Virus record (IMG/VR): IMGVR_UViG_3300025949_000019
Location: 33,539-97,538 of that record
Reading direction: 5' to 3' (one strand)
Length of the DNA stretch: 64,000 nt
DNA from: a virus
The notes under the pieces are model-generated. The model did not search any database and was not told where the DNA came from. It was given only the letters and a program-made list of their open reading frames with translations. Positions 36,407 to 45,776 of this stretch are shown piece by piece. Made by a program: the position numbers and the translations under genes. Each line of letters starts with the position of its first letter. The stretch's first letter is position 1.

Positions 36407-38897
36407 CACTAGCAGCAATACAGAGATGTTTGTCGTAGAAGGTTTGGCTGACTCAATCAGGAGTTCGGCTGCGAAACTTTCTGGGCGTGCGTTTGTCAGA
36501 AATGCTTCACGCCATATGGGACAAGCAGTTGGCTCTGTTAGCAGCTATGTTGTTCATGGAACCGAGACGGCTGGTGAGGGAACTGCACACTATGTTATTC
36601 ATAAGAGTATACATGGTGAACATGAACACAAAAAGAACAAAAAACACAAAGTTGTTCATGAGGCTACTGGTTCGCAAATCAGAACAGCCGTCGTTGCTGG
36701 TGCATTGACTGGTGGTGTCGCAGCACACTATCTAAGAAAACACTATGACAAGAAGAAACATGTAAGAAGAAAGCACGTCAGAGAAAGTATTGGTGAATTA
36801 ATAGCTGGTGCGGCTGATGATATCGGAGTTGTTGCATACAAACATTTAACCAGAAAAGATAAGCCTAATAACAATATTGTTGCAGCTAATACTGTAAAGC
36901 CAAAGATGATGGTCAAAAAAGTAATCAAGAAACTCCCAGAGGGGTTTGCATCTTCGGCTGCAAGAATAGGTAAAAAAGCAATCGGAAACAAATGGGTTCG
37001 TGGCGGCGGAGCATTTCTAGCGGCTGCTGGCATTTCATCTGCGGTTTCTGACGTTGCTCAATCGGCAACTGAGAAATACTTAAAGAATAAAGATAAAGTT
37101 GCAGCTAGAAAATCACCCAAATCTTCGGAGGAAGTTCCTCAAGCATCTCAGGGAATGCAATATGAAGGTGTGATCGGTGCGGCGGCTGGTATCGCATCGA
37201 AGGCTGGGAAGTTTATTGCACAGCGCAAGAATCAAATCAAATCAACTGGCAAATTTGTTGCTGGCCAGAGCATTGGTGGTGCCGCAATTGGTGCGACAAT
37301 TCCGATTGTAGATCGTTATCTTGCAAAGAAAGAAAAAGAAACTGCTGCAAAGCAAGCTGGTCAACCAGTCTCAGAAGCACTTCATAAGGAACCACCAGTT
37401 GTTCTGATCTTGAAAAGAAAATCAATCAGACTGTTTCCACAGGGAGACAAAGTTGCTCTCTATAAGAACGACAAGACCGGCATTTCATTTGCGGTTCCAT
37501 ACGATGATCCAGAAGATGCAGTGAAATCAAACAACGAAATTATTGGCGCTGTCTCTGAAGGTGTCTTCAGGGATGTTGGTTCTGCTGCATGGAGAGAATT
37601 TAGAAGAACAATGGCAGCTAGAAAGAAAAGCGGACCGTTCACATATGATGCAAAGGAAGCGGAAGAAGCTGCAAAGCGCCATGCAGAGGCAGAAAAAGCA
37701 TACGAGAAATTGCATAAATCAATTCCAGGTCTTGACAAATTACCAAAAGGATCAGGACGTGCGGCTGCATGGGGTGTTTCTGCTGCTGTTGGCACGGGAT
37801 ATGTTGTTGACAAAGGAACAAGACACATAGAAAAGATCATTGACAACCCAGATAGGTCTAGGAGAGTTAATGGTCGCCCTGTCTATACTAACGAAGCTGC
37901 AAAATCACCGGGTGCACACCTTGGCAGACCATCCGTAAGCGGAGCCTTAAAGAATGGTGCTGCAATTGGTGGTGGATTAATTCTTGCAAAAGCAGCATAT
38001 GATACCGGAAAAAAGTATCTGGAAACAAAATCTAGTCGTGAAAAACAAGATAATTTCGAAAAACTTCAGAGACAAAATATGAAATACGTCAAGAAGATAA
38101 GGATGAGGAAGGAAGAAGTAGAACAACTAGATGAATTTTTACCAGCATTGATGGCGGCTGCAAGAGCCGCACCTGCTGTCATAAGAGCCGCCGCAGCAAG
38201 TCCACTAGGACGTTATGCTGGAAAAGCAATTGGTGTTGGTTCTACTGTTGGTGGTCTAGTCGGTCTTGGTAGTGCTACGATCAAGAAAAAGAAGAAACAA
38301 ACTTCAGTTGATCCAGATGATAGAAGCGATTCTTCACCAGATGCAGAACCAAATCCATCTGTGTCGGAGGCAACATCACACCACCAGATGACGCCCATCA
38401 AAGCAAAGGTCAATAAGTTTATTTCTAAGGATGTTAGAAAACATATTGCGATTGCCGCTGCTGGTGCACTTGGAGCAAAGCTTGTTGATATAGGGTATGA
38501 TGCATACAGGGATCATGCAGACATAAAGAAAGCTGAAAAAGAAGAAAAAGCAAAAGCAAGAGCCCAAAAGGAAGTCGCACCGAAAAAGATCATCATTCAG
38601 AAAAAGACGAACCCAAAGACAGGCACGACCACAGTCAAGAAAGAAATCAAAGAAGCAAAAGAAGAAGTGCGTGGTTATGGTGCTATCGTAGAATCAACAA
38701 GAAGTGGCTCTGACGGATATGTTCATCACAATGACGGAACTAGAAGCAAAGTAGATGTATATACTGCTCACATGATTCAGAATATCCATGAATCACTTAG
38801 CATCGAGAACCAACAGAAGCTAAGAGAAATGGTTGCAAGGGATAGAAGTAACTTCAACAAGATCGTTGATTTCGCACACAAACAACACAACAAATAG
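36396..38897 (+). CDS. Modular putative internal head polyprotein (about 12 segments bounded by hydrophobic-X-Glu sites)
   Basis: 833 aa; repeating site / amphipathic / Gly-Ala zipper / basic architecture; lies between portal and prohead protease. Confidence 0.65.
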   Translation: MTNNTSSNTEMFVVEGLADSIRSSAAKLSGRAFVRNASRHMGQAVGSVSSYVVHGTETAGEGTAHYVIHKSIHGEHEHKKNKKHKVVHEATGSQIRTAVVAGALTGGVAAHYLRKHYDKKKHVRRKHVRESIGELIAGAADDIGVVAYKHLTRKDKPNNNIVAANTVKPKMMVKKVIKKLPEGFASSAARIGKKAIGNKWVRGGGAFLAAAGISSAVSDVAQSATEKYLKNKDKVAARKSPKSSEEVPQASQGMQYEGVIGAAAGIASKAGKFIAQRKNQIKSTGKFVAGQSIGGAAIGATIPIVDRYLAKKEKETAAKQAGQPVSEALHKEPPVVLILKRKSIRLFPQGDKVALYKNDKTGISFAVPYDDPEDAVKSNNEIIGAVSEGVFRDVGSAAWREFRRTMAARKKSGPFTYDAKEAEEAAKRHAEAEKAYEKLHKSIPGLDKLPKGSGRAAAWGVSAAVGTGYVVDKGTRHIEKIIDNPDRSRRVNGRPVYTNEAAKSPGAHLGRPSVSGALKNGAAIGGGLILAKAAYDTGKKYLETKSSREKQDNFEKLQRQNMKYVKKIRMRKEEVEQLDEFLPALMAAARAAPAVIRAAAASPLGRYAGKAIGVGSTVGGLVGLGSATIKKKKKQTSVDPDDRSDSSPDAEPNPSVSEATSHHQMTPIKAKVNKFISKDVRKHIAIAAAGALGAKLVDIGYDAYRDHADIKKAEKEEKAKARAQKEVAPKKIIIQKKTNPKTGTTTVKKEIKEAKEEVRGYGAIVESTRSGSDGYVHHNDGTRSKVDVYTAHMIQNIHESLSIENQQKLREMVARDRSNFNKIVDFAHKQHNK

Positions 38898-38910
38898 GAA
38901 GATATAGAAA

Positions 38911-39450
38911 ATGGCTTCATTTACAAAACAAGTCCTGAAGGACACAACAACCGAAACAGTCGTTAAATTCATCGGCTTCATTGATGCGGCTGCTAACTTG
39001 CCACAAACACTAGACCAAGCGAACAGCACACTTGCAATGGCATCGCTTCGCGGTGCTTATGACACAAACAATGCACTTCGCTCCGTGACTGGTAATGCTG
39101 CTCTATCTTTCTATGGAACAAACATTAGAAAAGTTAACTGGACAATTGCCGCAACACCAGCAAACGCTGCAATTCAACTTTCTTGGAGAGGTGGTGGATC
39201 GAATGCAAACGTTGTTGCATTCAACTTCTGCGGTGGTGCAGGAGAACTAGACTTCACCGACGGAACGACAGCCGCGGTTGCAATCACAGACCCGGGAGTT
39301 GGTTTGGGCGCAAACTCTGGCGATTTGATCGTTACTGCAACACCTGGTTTAACAGCAGCAACATATACAATCATTGTCGCATTGAAGAAAGACCCGAAAT
39401 ACTTTGACCGTGGTGCATTGGTCGACAAGGCTTACTTCCAGAACCCATAA
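38911..39450 (+). CDS. Hypothetical head-region structural protein
   Basis: 179-aa Ala/Thr-rich ORF with late-gene codon style. Confidence 0.65.
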   Translation: MASFTKQVLKDTTTETVVKFIGFIDAAANLPQTLDQANSTLAMASLRGAYDTNNALRSVTGNAALSFYGTNIRKVNWTIAATPANAAIQLSWRGGGSNANVVAFNFCGGAGELDFTDGTTAAVAITDPGVGLGANSGDLIVTATPGLTAATYTIIVALKKDPKYFDRGALVDKAYFQNP

Positions 39451-39454
39451 TAAC

Positions 39455-39898
39455 ATGAAGGGTCTTGATCTTGTCCATTACATTGCAAAGGGAGATTTAG
39501 AGGAAGCCTATGATGTTTTCCTTAGAAATCTTTCAGAGATTGTTTTGGTCAAGGTAAACGAAAGAAAACAGGACATTGCAGGGGAATTACTGGTAATTGG
39601 CGAAGTTCATAAATATCCAAAAGTTGTTAGAAGAATCGGGCGTTTGAATTTTGTCAGGATCAGGGTCAGACACGGAAAGATTCAACGAAATAGACGAGTC
39701 TCTGCGGTAAAGGGTTATACATTTAGGCATGGTCATCTGATTAGAATGAGACCGTCCGAGAGACTTCACAGAAGGCTTGCAGCAAGACGAGCAAAGATTA
39801 AGAGGCGTGCAAAGAGGTCCCAAACAAGAAGACACTTGATCATTGCAATGAGAAGAAGAAAATCACTAGGATTGTCATACAGGCCATTTGGAAGATGA
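39455..39898 (+). CDS. Prohead core protein, gp68-like (Arg-rich)
   Basis: RIRVRHGKIQR....GY....G.L.RM..SER..R..AARRAK..R; ATG 39455 preferred over 39404; lies upstream of gp21. Confidence 0.7.
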   Translation: MKGLDLVHYIAKGDLEEAYDVFLRNLSEIVLVKVNERKQDIAGELLVIGEVHKYPKVVRRIGRLNFVRIRVRHGKIQRNRRVSAVKGYTFRHGHLIRMRPSERLHRRLAARRAKIKRRAKRSQTRRHLIIAMRRRKSLGLSYRPFGR

Positions 39899-40236
39899 TG
39901 ATGATGAAAACATTCTTAGAATTCTTAGAAGAAAGCAGCAAGGTCATCGATATTGCAAATGTGCTGGTTCATAGATTGATAAAGCATCACCACAACATGC
40001 TAAGTCCAAAGGGATATGTTCATTCTGTAGTTCAAAAGGGTATCAGAACAACATATGCATGGAGAAAAGGTGACCACCACTTTGAGATTATGCATAAGAG
40101 TACAGACCCAAACTGGTATCAGTGGGGTCATGCGAAAGTAGGGAAAAACGGAAAACTAGATTTTTACAACTCAGGACAAGAACCACTTCGCGGTGATCCA
40201 GCAACGGGCGCACCAGACTTTAGGAGAATTAAATGA
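39895..40236 (+). CDS. Putative internal head protein (capsid-targeting leader)
   Basis: MKTFLEFLEE leader; His-rich and basic. Confidence 0.68.
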   Translation: MMMMKTFLEFLEESSKVIDIANVLVHRLIKHHHNMLSPKGYVHSVVQKGIRTTYAWRKGDHHFEIMHKSTDPNWYQWGHAKVGKNGKLDFYNSGQEPLRGDPATGAPDFRRIK

Positions 40237-40820
40237 AGACATTTAAACAATTCATAACAGAAAGAATGATGGGTCATGGTAGGAGCGGCGAACACTCAAA
40301 ACACTATGCTCATCCAATGCATCTTCATCTAAAGAAGGGCGCATTTCATCGCTGGCTTGGGAAGTCGGAAGGTGAGCCTATCACAGCCGCAGACATTCAA
40401 AAAGGTCTAGCTGCTGGTGGACATGCTGCTAAGATGGCAAACTTTGCAAGGAACGCAAAACATTTCCATCATGAGGAATACAGTCTACAAAACGAAAACG
40501 TTGCGAGAGACCATCCATATACAACTGCTGCCGCAGTCGGTGCTCCGATTGGAGCCGTTGGTGGTGCACTACATGGAGCAGGTTCTGGTTATAGTGTAGC
40601 AACCCAATTAGGTTTTAAGCGATCAGCAGCAAAAAGTATAATAAAAGCAGGACTTAAGGCTGGTGGTGTAGTTGGTGCTGCAACTGGAGCGGGTGCTGCT
40701 GCACTGGCAACATATGGATATAAAATCAGAAATAAACACCCAACTGTCGGAGGATACCTATCTGGTGGTGTTAAGGGTGCAATAGGAAGTAAAATCGACT
40801 CATATAAGGCGAAAAAATGA
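40233..40820 (+). CDS. Putative internal head protein with His-rich module and glycine-zipper module
   Basis: MKTFKQFITE leader; internal SLQNE site followed by GxxxG repeats. Confidence 0.72.
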   Translation: MKTFKQFITERMMGHGRSGEHSKHYAHPMHLHLKKGAFHRWLGKSEGEPITAADIQKGLAAGGHAAKMANFARNAKHFHHEEYSLQNENVARDHPYTTAAAVGAPIGAVGGALHGAGSGYSVATQLGFKRSAAKSIIKAGLKAGGVVGAATGAGAAALATYGYKIRNKHPTVGGYLSGGVKGAIGSKIDSYKAKK

Positions 40821-41485
40821 AATTACTCAAAGAGATAGTCGAAGACATTCAAGTTACAATACTAGAAGAAAAAGAAGGTGGCAAGAAAGCCTACTTCATT
40901 GAAGGTATCTGGCTTCAATCTGAATTGAAGAACAGAAACGGAAGAATGTATCCAATGCCAGTCTTGGAACGTGAAGTAAAGAGATATTCTGAGCAATACA
41001 TCGACAAGAAAAGAGCATTCGGTGAGCTAGGGCACCCAGATAGTCCCACTATTAACCTGGATCGTGTAAGCCACTCTATTGTTGAGCTACATAGAGATGG
41101 GAACAACTTTATGGGCAAAGCTAAGATTCTAGAGACCCCAAACGGCAAGATCGTAAAGACATTTCTAGACGAAGGCTTAACAATCGGTGTCTCCTCAAGA
41201 GGTCTTGGATCATTGAAGACAACCTCGGAAGGTGTGAACATCGTTCAGGATGACTTCTACCTTGCAACCGCTGGAGATATCGTTGCAGACCCGTCAGCAC
41301 CCGATGCATTTGTTCAAGGGATCATGGAAGACAAGGAATGGTTGTTTATTGATGGACAAGGATGGATTCCGCAGTTTTTGGATGAAACCAAGAGAGATAT
41401 TAAGAAAATGACTGCAAAGGAAATCAATGAAAAGAAGATGGCGATTTTCGAAGCATTCATGAAGAACTTAGGTGGACAGAAATAA
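40817..41485 (+). CDS. gp21: Prohead core protease gp21
   Basis: IEGIWLQSE.KNRNGR.Y, AFGELGHP, GVSSRGLGS, DIVADPSAPDAFV. Confidence 0.96.
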   Translation: MKLLKEIVEDIQVTILEEKEGGKKAYFIEGIWLQSELKNRNGRMYPMPVLEREVKRYSEQYIDKKRAFGELGHPDSPTINLDRVSHSIVELHRDGNNFMGKAKILETPNGKIVKTFLDEGLTIGVSSRGLGSLKTTSEGVNIVQDDFYLATAGDIVADPSAPDAFVQGIMEDKEWLFIDGQGWIPQFLDETKRDIKKMTAKEINEKKMAIFEAFMKNLGGQK

Positions 41486-41512
41486 GTAACATTTACCACA
41501 AATTTTCCGATT

Positions 41513-41520
41513 TATAAATA
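41513..41520 (+). promoter_or_regulatory. T4 late promoter (perfect TATAAATA)
   Basis: Exact consensus, upstream of the gp22 SD (AAGGAG). Confidence 0.85.
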
Positions 41521-41552
41521 TCAATTAGATGAAACCAAGGAGAAGTTAAAAC

Positions 41553-42965
41553 ATGGCTAAAAAGACATTAACCGAAGCAGCAGCAGAAATTTTGAATCAA
41601 AGCCGCTCGTCTGCACCCGGTCAACCACAGCAAAAACTGGAATCTGATCCAGGTTTTGATTCTGCTGTTCAAGGCGGAAAGAGCGAAGAAGACCTTGGTG
41701 GAGACACACCTAAAGTCGTCGCAGCAAACAATCCAGACCCAACTCGTCCAATCGGCAAAGCAAAAGAGCCAGGCGCAACTCCTCCAATTGGTAAGGAAAA
41801 TGACGCAAGGACAAAGAGCCTAAAAGGCAACAACTCTACTGAAGATGACCTTCAATCCAGAGGACCAAATAAAGTGAAATATCAAACATCCGGTGATGGT
41901 AACCCCGCTGCACGTGGTGGTACTGAAGATGCAGAACTAGAACACCAAGAAGACGAATTCTGTGAAGAACAAGTCCTCTATGTTGATGAAGAAGGTAATG
42001 TCCTAGATGAAGAAGGCAATATCCTTTCAGACGAAGAACTAGCAAATTACGAACTAGTCGAAGAAATCGAAGAAGACGACGACACCAACAACGATGAAAA
42101 TGAAGTCATCGAAGAAGGCGAAGAAGAAAGCGTTCTTCTATTCGACAGAGAAGCAATCTATGAATCGTTTAGACAAGACCTCGAAGCTGACCTTGGTAAT
42201 CTTCTTGATGATGATACAACTCTCTCAGAAGAATTCAAAGGGAAAGCAAAGACAATCTTTGAAGCAGCAGTCATGGCTCGCGTAGACCAAATGGCTGATG
42301 CACTAGAAGCCGCATTCGTAGAAACACTAGAAGAAGCCATTGATGAAATCAAGGGTGACCTGACAGAAAAGACAAACGACTACCTATCCTATGTTGCAGA
42401 ACAATGGATGCAAGAGAATGAACTTGCAGTCGAAAAAGCACTGAAGTCAGAACTAACAGAAGATTTCATTAACGGACTAAAAGAACTATTTGTTGAGCAC
42501 TATATCAATATCCCTGAAGATAAGGTTGATGTTGTTGAAGAACTCGCAGAAGAAGTCGCACAAGTCGAAGAAAGACTGAACGAAGAAATTCAGAAAAACA
42601 TCGACCTGAGCAAGGAAGTAAAGTCTTATCAAGCCGCAGAAGCTTTTGCCACAGTGTGCGAAGGTCTAACAGACGTGCAAGTTGATAAGATGCAAACTCT
42701 AGCAGAAGGACTTGAATTCGGCACTGTTGCAGAATTCACAGAAAAACTTGAAATGTTGCGCGACAACTATTTCTCGACTGCTGGAGATGGCAGCAAATCA
42801 GCACCTAAGACAAAGGAAGTAGGACAAACCAGTGATGGTGGATTGAACGAAACCATCGAGATTGAAGAAACCGGCACTAAGAAGTTCATTACTGCTGATG
42901 GATCGGTCTCTGCATTTACAAAAGCACTAGATAAAGCTTCTGCAAATCAACTGCCAAAATCCTAA
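41553..42965 (+). CDS. gp22: Prohead core scaffold gp22
   Basis: Acidic protein; LSEEFK.KAKTIFEAAV, YL.YVAEQWM.EN.LAVE, F.EHYI.IPE.KVDVV. Confidence 0.93.
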   Translation: MAKKTLTEAAAEILNQSRSSAPGQPQQKLESDPGFDSAVQGGKSEEDLGGDTPKVVAANNPDPTRPIGKAKEPGATPPIGKENDARTKSLKGNNSTEDDLQSRGPNKVKYQTSGDGNPAARGGTEDAELEHQEDEFCEEQVLYVDEEGNVLDEEGNILSDEELANYELVEEIEEDDDTNNDENEVIEEGEEESVLLFDREAIYESFRQDLEADLGNLLDDDTTLSEEFKGKAKTIFEAAVMARVDQMADALEAAFVETLEEAIDEIKGDLTEKTNDYLSYVAEQWMQENELAVEKALKSELTEDFINGLKELFVEHYINIPEDKVDVVEELAEEVAQVEERLNEEIQKNIDLSKEVKSYQAAEAFATVCEGLTDVQVDKMQTLAEGLEFGTVAEFTEKLEMLRDNYFSTAGDGSKSAPKTKEVGQTSDGGLNETIEIEETGTKKFITADGSVSAFTKALDKASANQLPKS

Positions 42966-42968
42966 TTT

Positions 42969-42976
42969 CATAAATA
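42969..42976 (+). promoter_or_regulatory. T4-type late promoter (CATAAATA)
   Basis: Intergenic, upstream of gp23. Confidence 0.75.
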
Positions 42977-43014
42977 GACTTACACACATTTAGAACAAAA
43001 AGGAAAGAAGAAAA

Positions 43015-44337
43015 ATGGATAATGTAATTCCTATCAACACTCTCGTAGAAAAATGGAAGCCCGTCCTAGACCACGAAGGCTACAATCCTATTAAGGATGA
43101 CGCCCGCAGGAAGGCTACCGCTGTTGTTCTTGAGAACACATCGAAAGCCCTACAAACAGAAGGCGCAGTTCATAACCTTCTAACAGAAAACGCACCTACA
43201 AACCACATTGGTGGTTCTGGTGTCGCAACATTTGACCCTGTTCTTATTTCCTTGATTCGCCGTGCAATGCCTAAGTTGATTGCATATGACGTTGTTGGCG
43301 TTCAACCAATGACAGGACCAACTGGACTGATCTTTGCAATGAGAAGCCGTTATGCTTCACAAGTTGGAACAGAAGCTTTGTTCAACGAAGCAAACACAGC
43401 ATGGACAGGACTTGGTAACCAAGTTAACACAGACCCAACATTTGCACTTTCAACAAACACATCGTATACAGTAGGTACACCAATGTCTACAGCAACCGCT
43501 GAAGGACTTGGAACTTCTGGAAACGCTGCATTCGCTGAAATGGCATTCAGCATCGAGAAAATCACTGTCACAGCCCAAAGCCGTGCATTGAAAGCAGAAT
43601 ACTCGATGGAACTTGCACAAGACCTTAAAGCAATTCATGGTCTAGATGCAGAAGGAGAATTGAGCAACATTCTTTCAGCAGAACTATTGACTGAAATTAA
43701 CCGTGAAGTCATCCGTAGAATCTACATGTCAGCAACAATCGGTGCTCAGTGGGCAGTTACCACAACGGGAACATTCGACTTGGATACTGACGCAAACGGA
43801 CGTTGGTCAGTTGAAAAATTCAAGGGACTTGTTTTCCAAATTGAAAAAGAAGCAAACGCAATTGCACGTACAACTCGTAGAGGCAAGGGTAACATTATGA
43901 TTGTCTCCGCTGACGTTGCATCTGCACTAGCAATGGCAGGAGTCCTATCATACACACCAGCCCTACAAGCAAGTGTAAACCTAGAAGTAGATGAAACAGG
44001 AAACACATTTGCAGGAACAATGAGCGGTGGACGTGTTAAAGTCTTTATCGATCCATACTTCGGAGGCGCATCAGCCGGAAACGAGCTAGTTGTCGTTGGA
44101 TACAAGGGAGCAAACATCTATGACGCAGGTATCTTCTACTGCCCATACGTTCCTCTACAAATGGTCCGTGCTGTTGATCCTAACAGCTTCCAACCAAAAA
44201 TTGGATTCAAGACACGTTATGGAATGGTAGCAAACCCATTTGCAACATCAAACGCAGATGGAGTCGTAGGAGACCGTGGAGTAGCAGGACAAGCGAATAT
44301 TTACTACAGAATCTTCCGCGTCGTCAACTTGATGTAA
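43015..44337 (+). CDS. gp23: Major capsid protein gp23
   Basis: DPVLISLIRRAMP..GVQPMTGPTGLIFAMR, SRALKAEYSMELAQDLKAIHGLDAE, FQPKIGFKTRYG; likely maturation site LLTE/N. Confidence 0.98.
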   Translation: MDNVIPINTLVEKWKPVLDHEGYNPIKDDARRKATAVVLENTSKALQTEGAVHNLLTENAPTNHIGGSGVATFDPVLISLIRRAMPKLIAYDVVGVQPMTGPTGLIFAMRSRYASQVGTEALFNEANTAWTGLGNQVNTDPTFALSTNTSYTVGTPMSTATAEGLGTSGNAAFAEMAFSIEKITVTAQSRALKAEYSMELAQDLKAIHGLDAEGELSNILSAELLTEINREVIRRIYMSATIGAQWAVTTTGTFDLDTDANGRWSVEKFKGLVFQIEKEANAIARTTRRGKGNIMIVSADVASALAMAGVLSYTPALQASVNLEVDETGNTFAGTMSGGRVKVFIDPYFGGASAGNELVVVGYKGANIYDAGIFYCPYVPLQMVRAVDPNSFQPKIGFKTRYGMVANPFATSNADGVVGDRGVAGQANIYYRIFRVVNLM

Positions 44338-44384
44338 GTTTTATATTTGCTACGCAAAACAGGAATAATAAAGTAGCGAAGCCT

Positions 44385-44416
44385 AGAGGGAGCCTTAAAA
44401 AAGCTCCCTCTTTTTT
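44385..44416 (+). terminator. Rho-independent terminator after gp23
   Basis: AGAGGGAGC-loop-GCTCCCTCT followed by a T run; a weaker hairpin (TTGCTAC..GTAGCGA) lies upstream at ~44346-44380. Confidence 0.85.
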
Positions 44417-44423
44417 GGCTTTG

Positions 44424-44431
44424 CATAAATA
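44424..44431 (+). promoter_or_regulatory. T4-type late promoter (CATAAATA)
   Basis: Immediately after the terminator, 8 nt before ATG 44440. Confidence 0.7.
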
Positions 44432-44439
44432 TAACACAT

Positions 44440-45186
44440 ATGAAAACATACCATCAATTCATAACGGAAATCAGGCTATTACCAAAACTATTCAAGAGGC
44501 ACACTCTTGGATTAAGAACACAAACATATGGATTAGGTAGTTACTTCAAACAAATTGTTAAACAACAACACACGCAAGAATTGCTACATGTAGATAAATT
44601 GAAATCGGGGCATAAAATTTACCATCATGTTAAAACTCATCTACCCAGCGAAAAAATCTATCGTGTAGTAAACAAGCATAGCGGTAAAATATCAACAGTC
44701 TTAGTCACAACACCAAATAGTGGTGGTGTTGAGACAATTGATAGAGTTGCAACAACAAGATCAATGAGAAAGAACAAAAATCGTCTAAAGTTGGTTGACC
44801 TCTACCATCATCTAATAACAAAACATAATGTAATCCTAGCTACGGACGACCAATCTGTTGGTGGTATGAAAACATGGCAAGAACTTTCTAGGAAGAAGGG
44901 CATCAATATTCACGGATGGGACAAAGAAACAGGCAAACCAATCAATACACCTAGCATATTGACACCCGATAATGCACATGAAACGCATTACAAGGATATC
45001 GGAATGAATGATTTTGTTACACCCGAAACCAAAAGAACAAGATTAAAGGTGAAACACAAAAATCCAGAATATGTAGACCAAATAAGAGACATTAGACATA
45101 GAGACCATCTAGATGCATATGATGATGTTACAGATAATCGTTTTCATATTGGCAGAATGAGACTTGTAGCTCATAAGAAAGATTAA
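44440..45186 (+). CDS. Putative internal head protein, possibly GNAT-like fold
   Basis: MKTYHQFITE leader; LYHHLI...ILATDDQSVGGMKTWQEL. Confidence 0.65.
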   Translation: MKTYHQFITEIRLLPKLFKRHTLGLRTQTYGLGSYFKQIVKQQHTQELLHVDKLKSGHKIYHHVKTHLPSEKIYRVVNKHSGKISTVLVTTPNSGGVETIDRVATTRSMRKNKNRLKLVDLYHHLITKHNVILATDDQSVGGMKTWQELSRKKGINIHGWDKETGKPINTPSILTPDNAHETHYKDIGMNDFVTPETKRTRLKVKHKNPEYVDQIRDIRHRDHLDAYDDVTDNRFHIGRMRLVAHKKD

Positions 45187-45188
45187 TT

Positions 45189-45776
45189 GTGTCAGACAAA
45201 ATCAAATATCACACCGACTTTCAGCCTAGATCGGAGTTAGGTAAACTAGCTGCAAAGTTGACCTTTGGTGACATATATCACCAGAAGGGTAAATGGTTTC
45301 GTGTGAATGGTCATAGAATTTCAGAACTAGGAACAAACTTCTTTTCATTGGTTGACGATGTTTATCGCCCTCTATATGGTGGACATTCTGCGCTTGCATC
45401 ACCACAGGATGTAACTGCATCTAATTTCTGGACAGCAATAAACCTACATCCCAAATCTGGACATGCAAATGCGGTTATATTTGCTAGAAAGACAAATGGT
45501 GGATACAAGATTCGTGGTATTGGTCACGATGGAAGCAAGGAAGCAAAGTCTGCTGTCATTGCACATCTTCTATATCTTTTAAACAAAGATGGCTATTGGA
45601 TTGAGGCTTCGGATAGACTTGGAGAGATTCTATTAGCAAAAAGAACTCCAATCGTGACTGATGTAAAGACAATAGAAAAACTGTTTCCGGGACAGAAGAT
45701 CGAGATTCAAAAGGACGGAAGCTATATCAGGCAGAATAAATACAGGGAAACTCTATTCGGAAAGCCAAAGCTGTGA
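45189..45776 (+). CDS. Hypothetical protein
   Basis: 195-aa ORF with GTG start, tightly packed; GIGHDGS..AK, WIEAS. Confidence 0.65.
   Translation: MSDKIKYHTDFQPRSELGKLAAKLTFGDIYHQKGKWFRVNGHRISELGTNFFSLVDDVYRPLYGGHSALASPQDVTASNFWTAINLHPKSGHANAVIFARKTNGGYKIRGIGHDGSKEAKSAVIAHLLYLLNKDGYWIEASDRLGEILLAKRTPIVTDVKTIEKLFPGQKIEIQKDGSYIRQNKYRETLFGKPKL

Noticed and set aside
44338-44439. ncRNA or tRNA after gp23
   Set aside because: Two simple hairpins and a promoter explain the region; no cloverleaf is evident.
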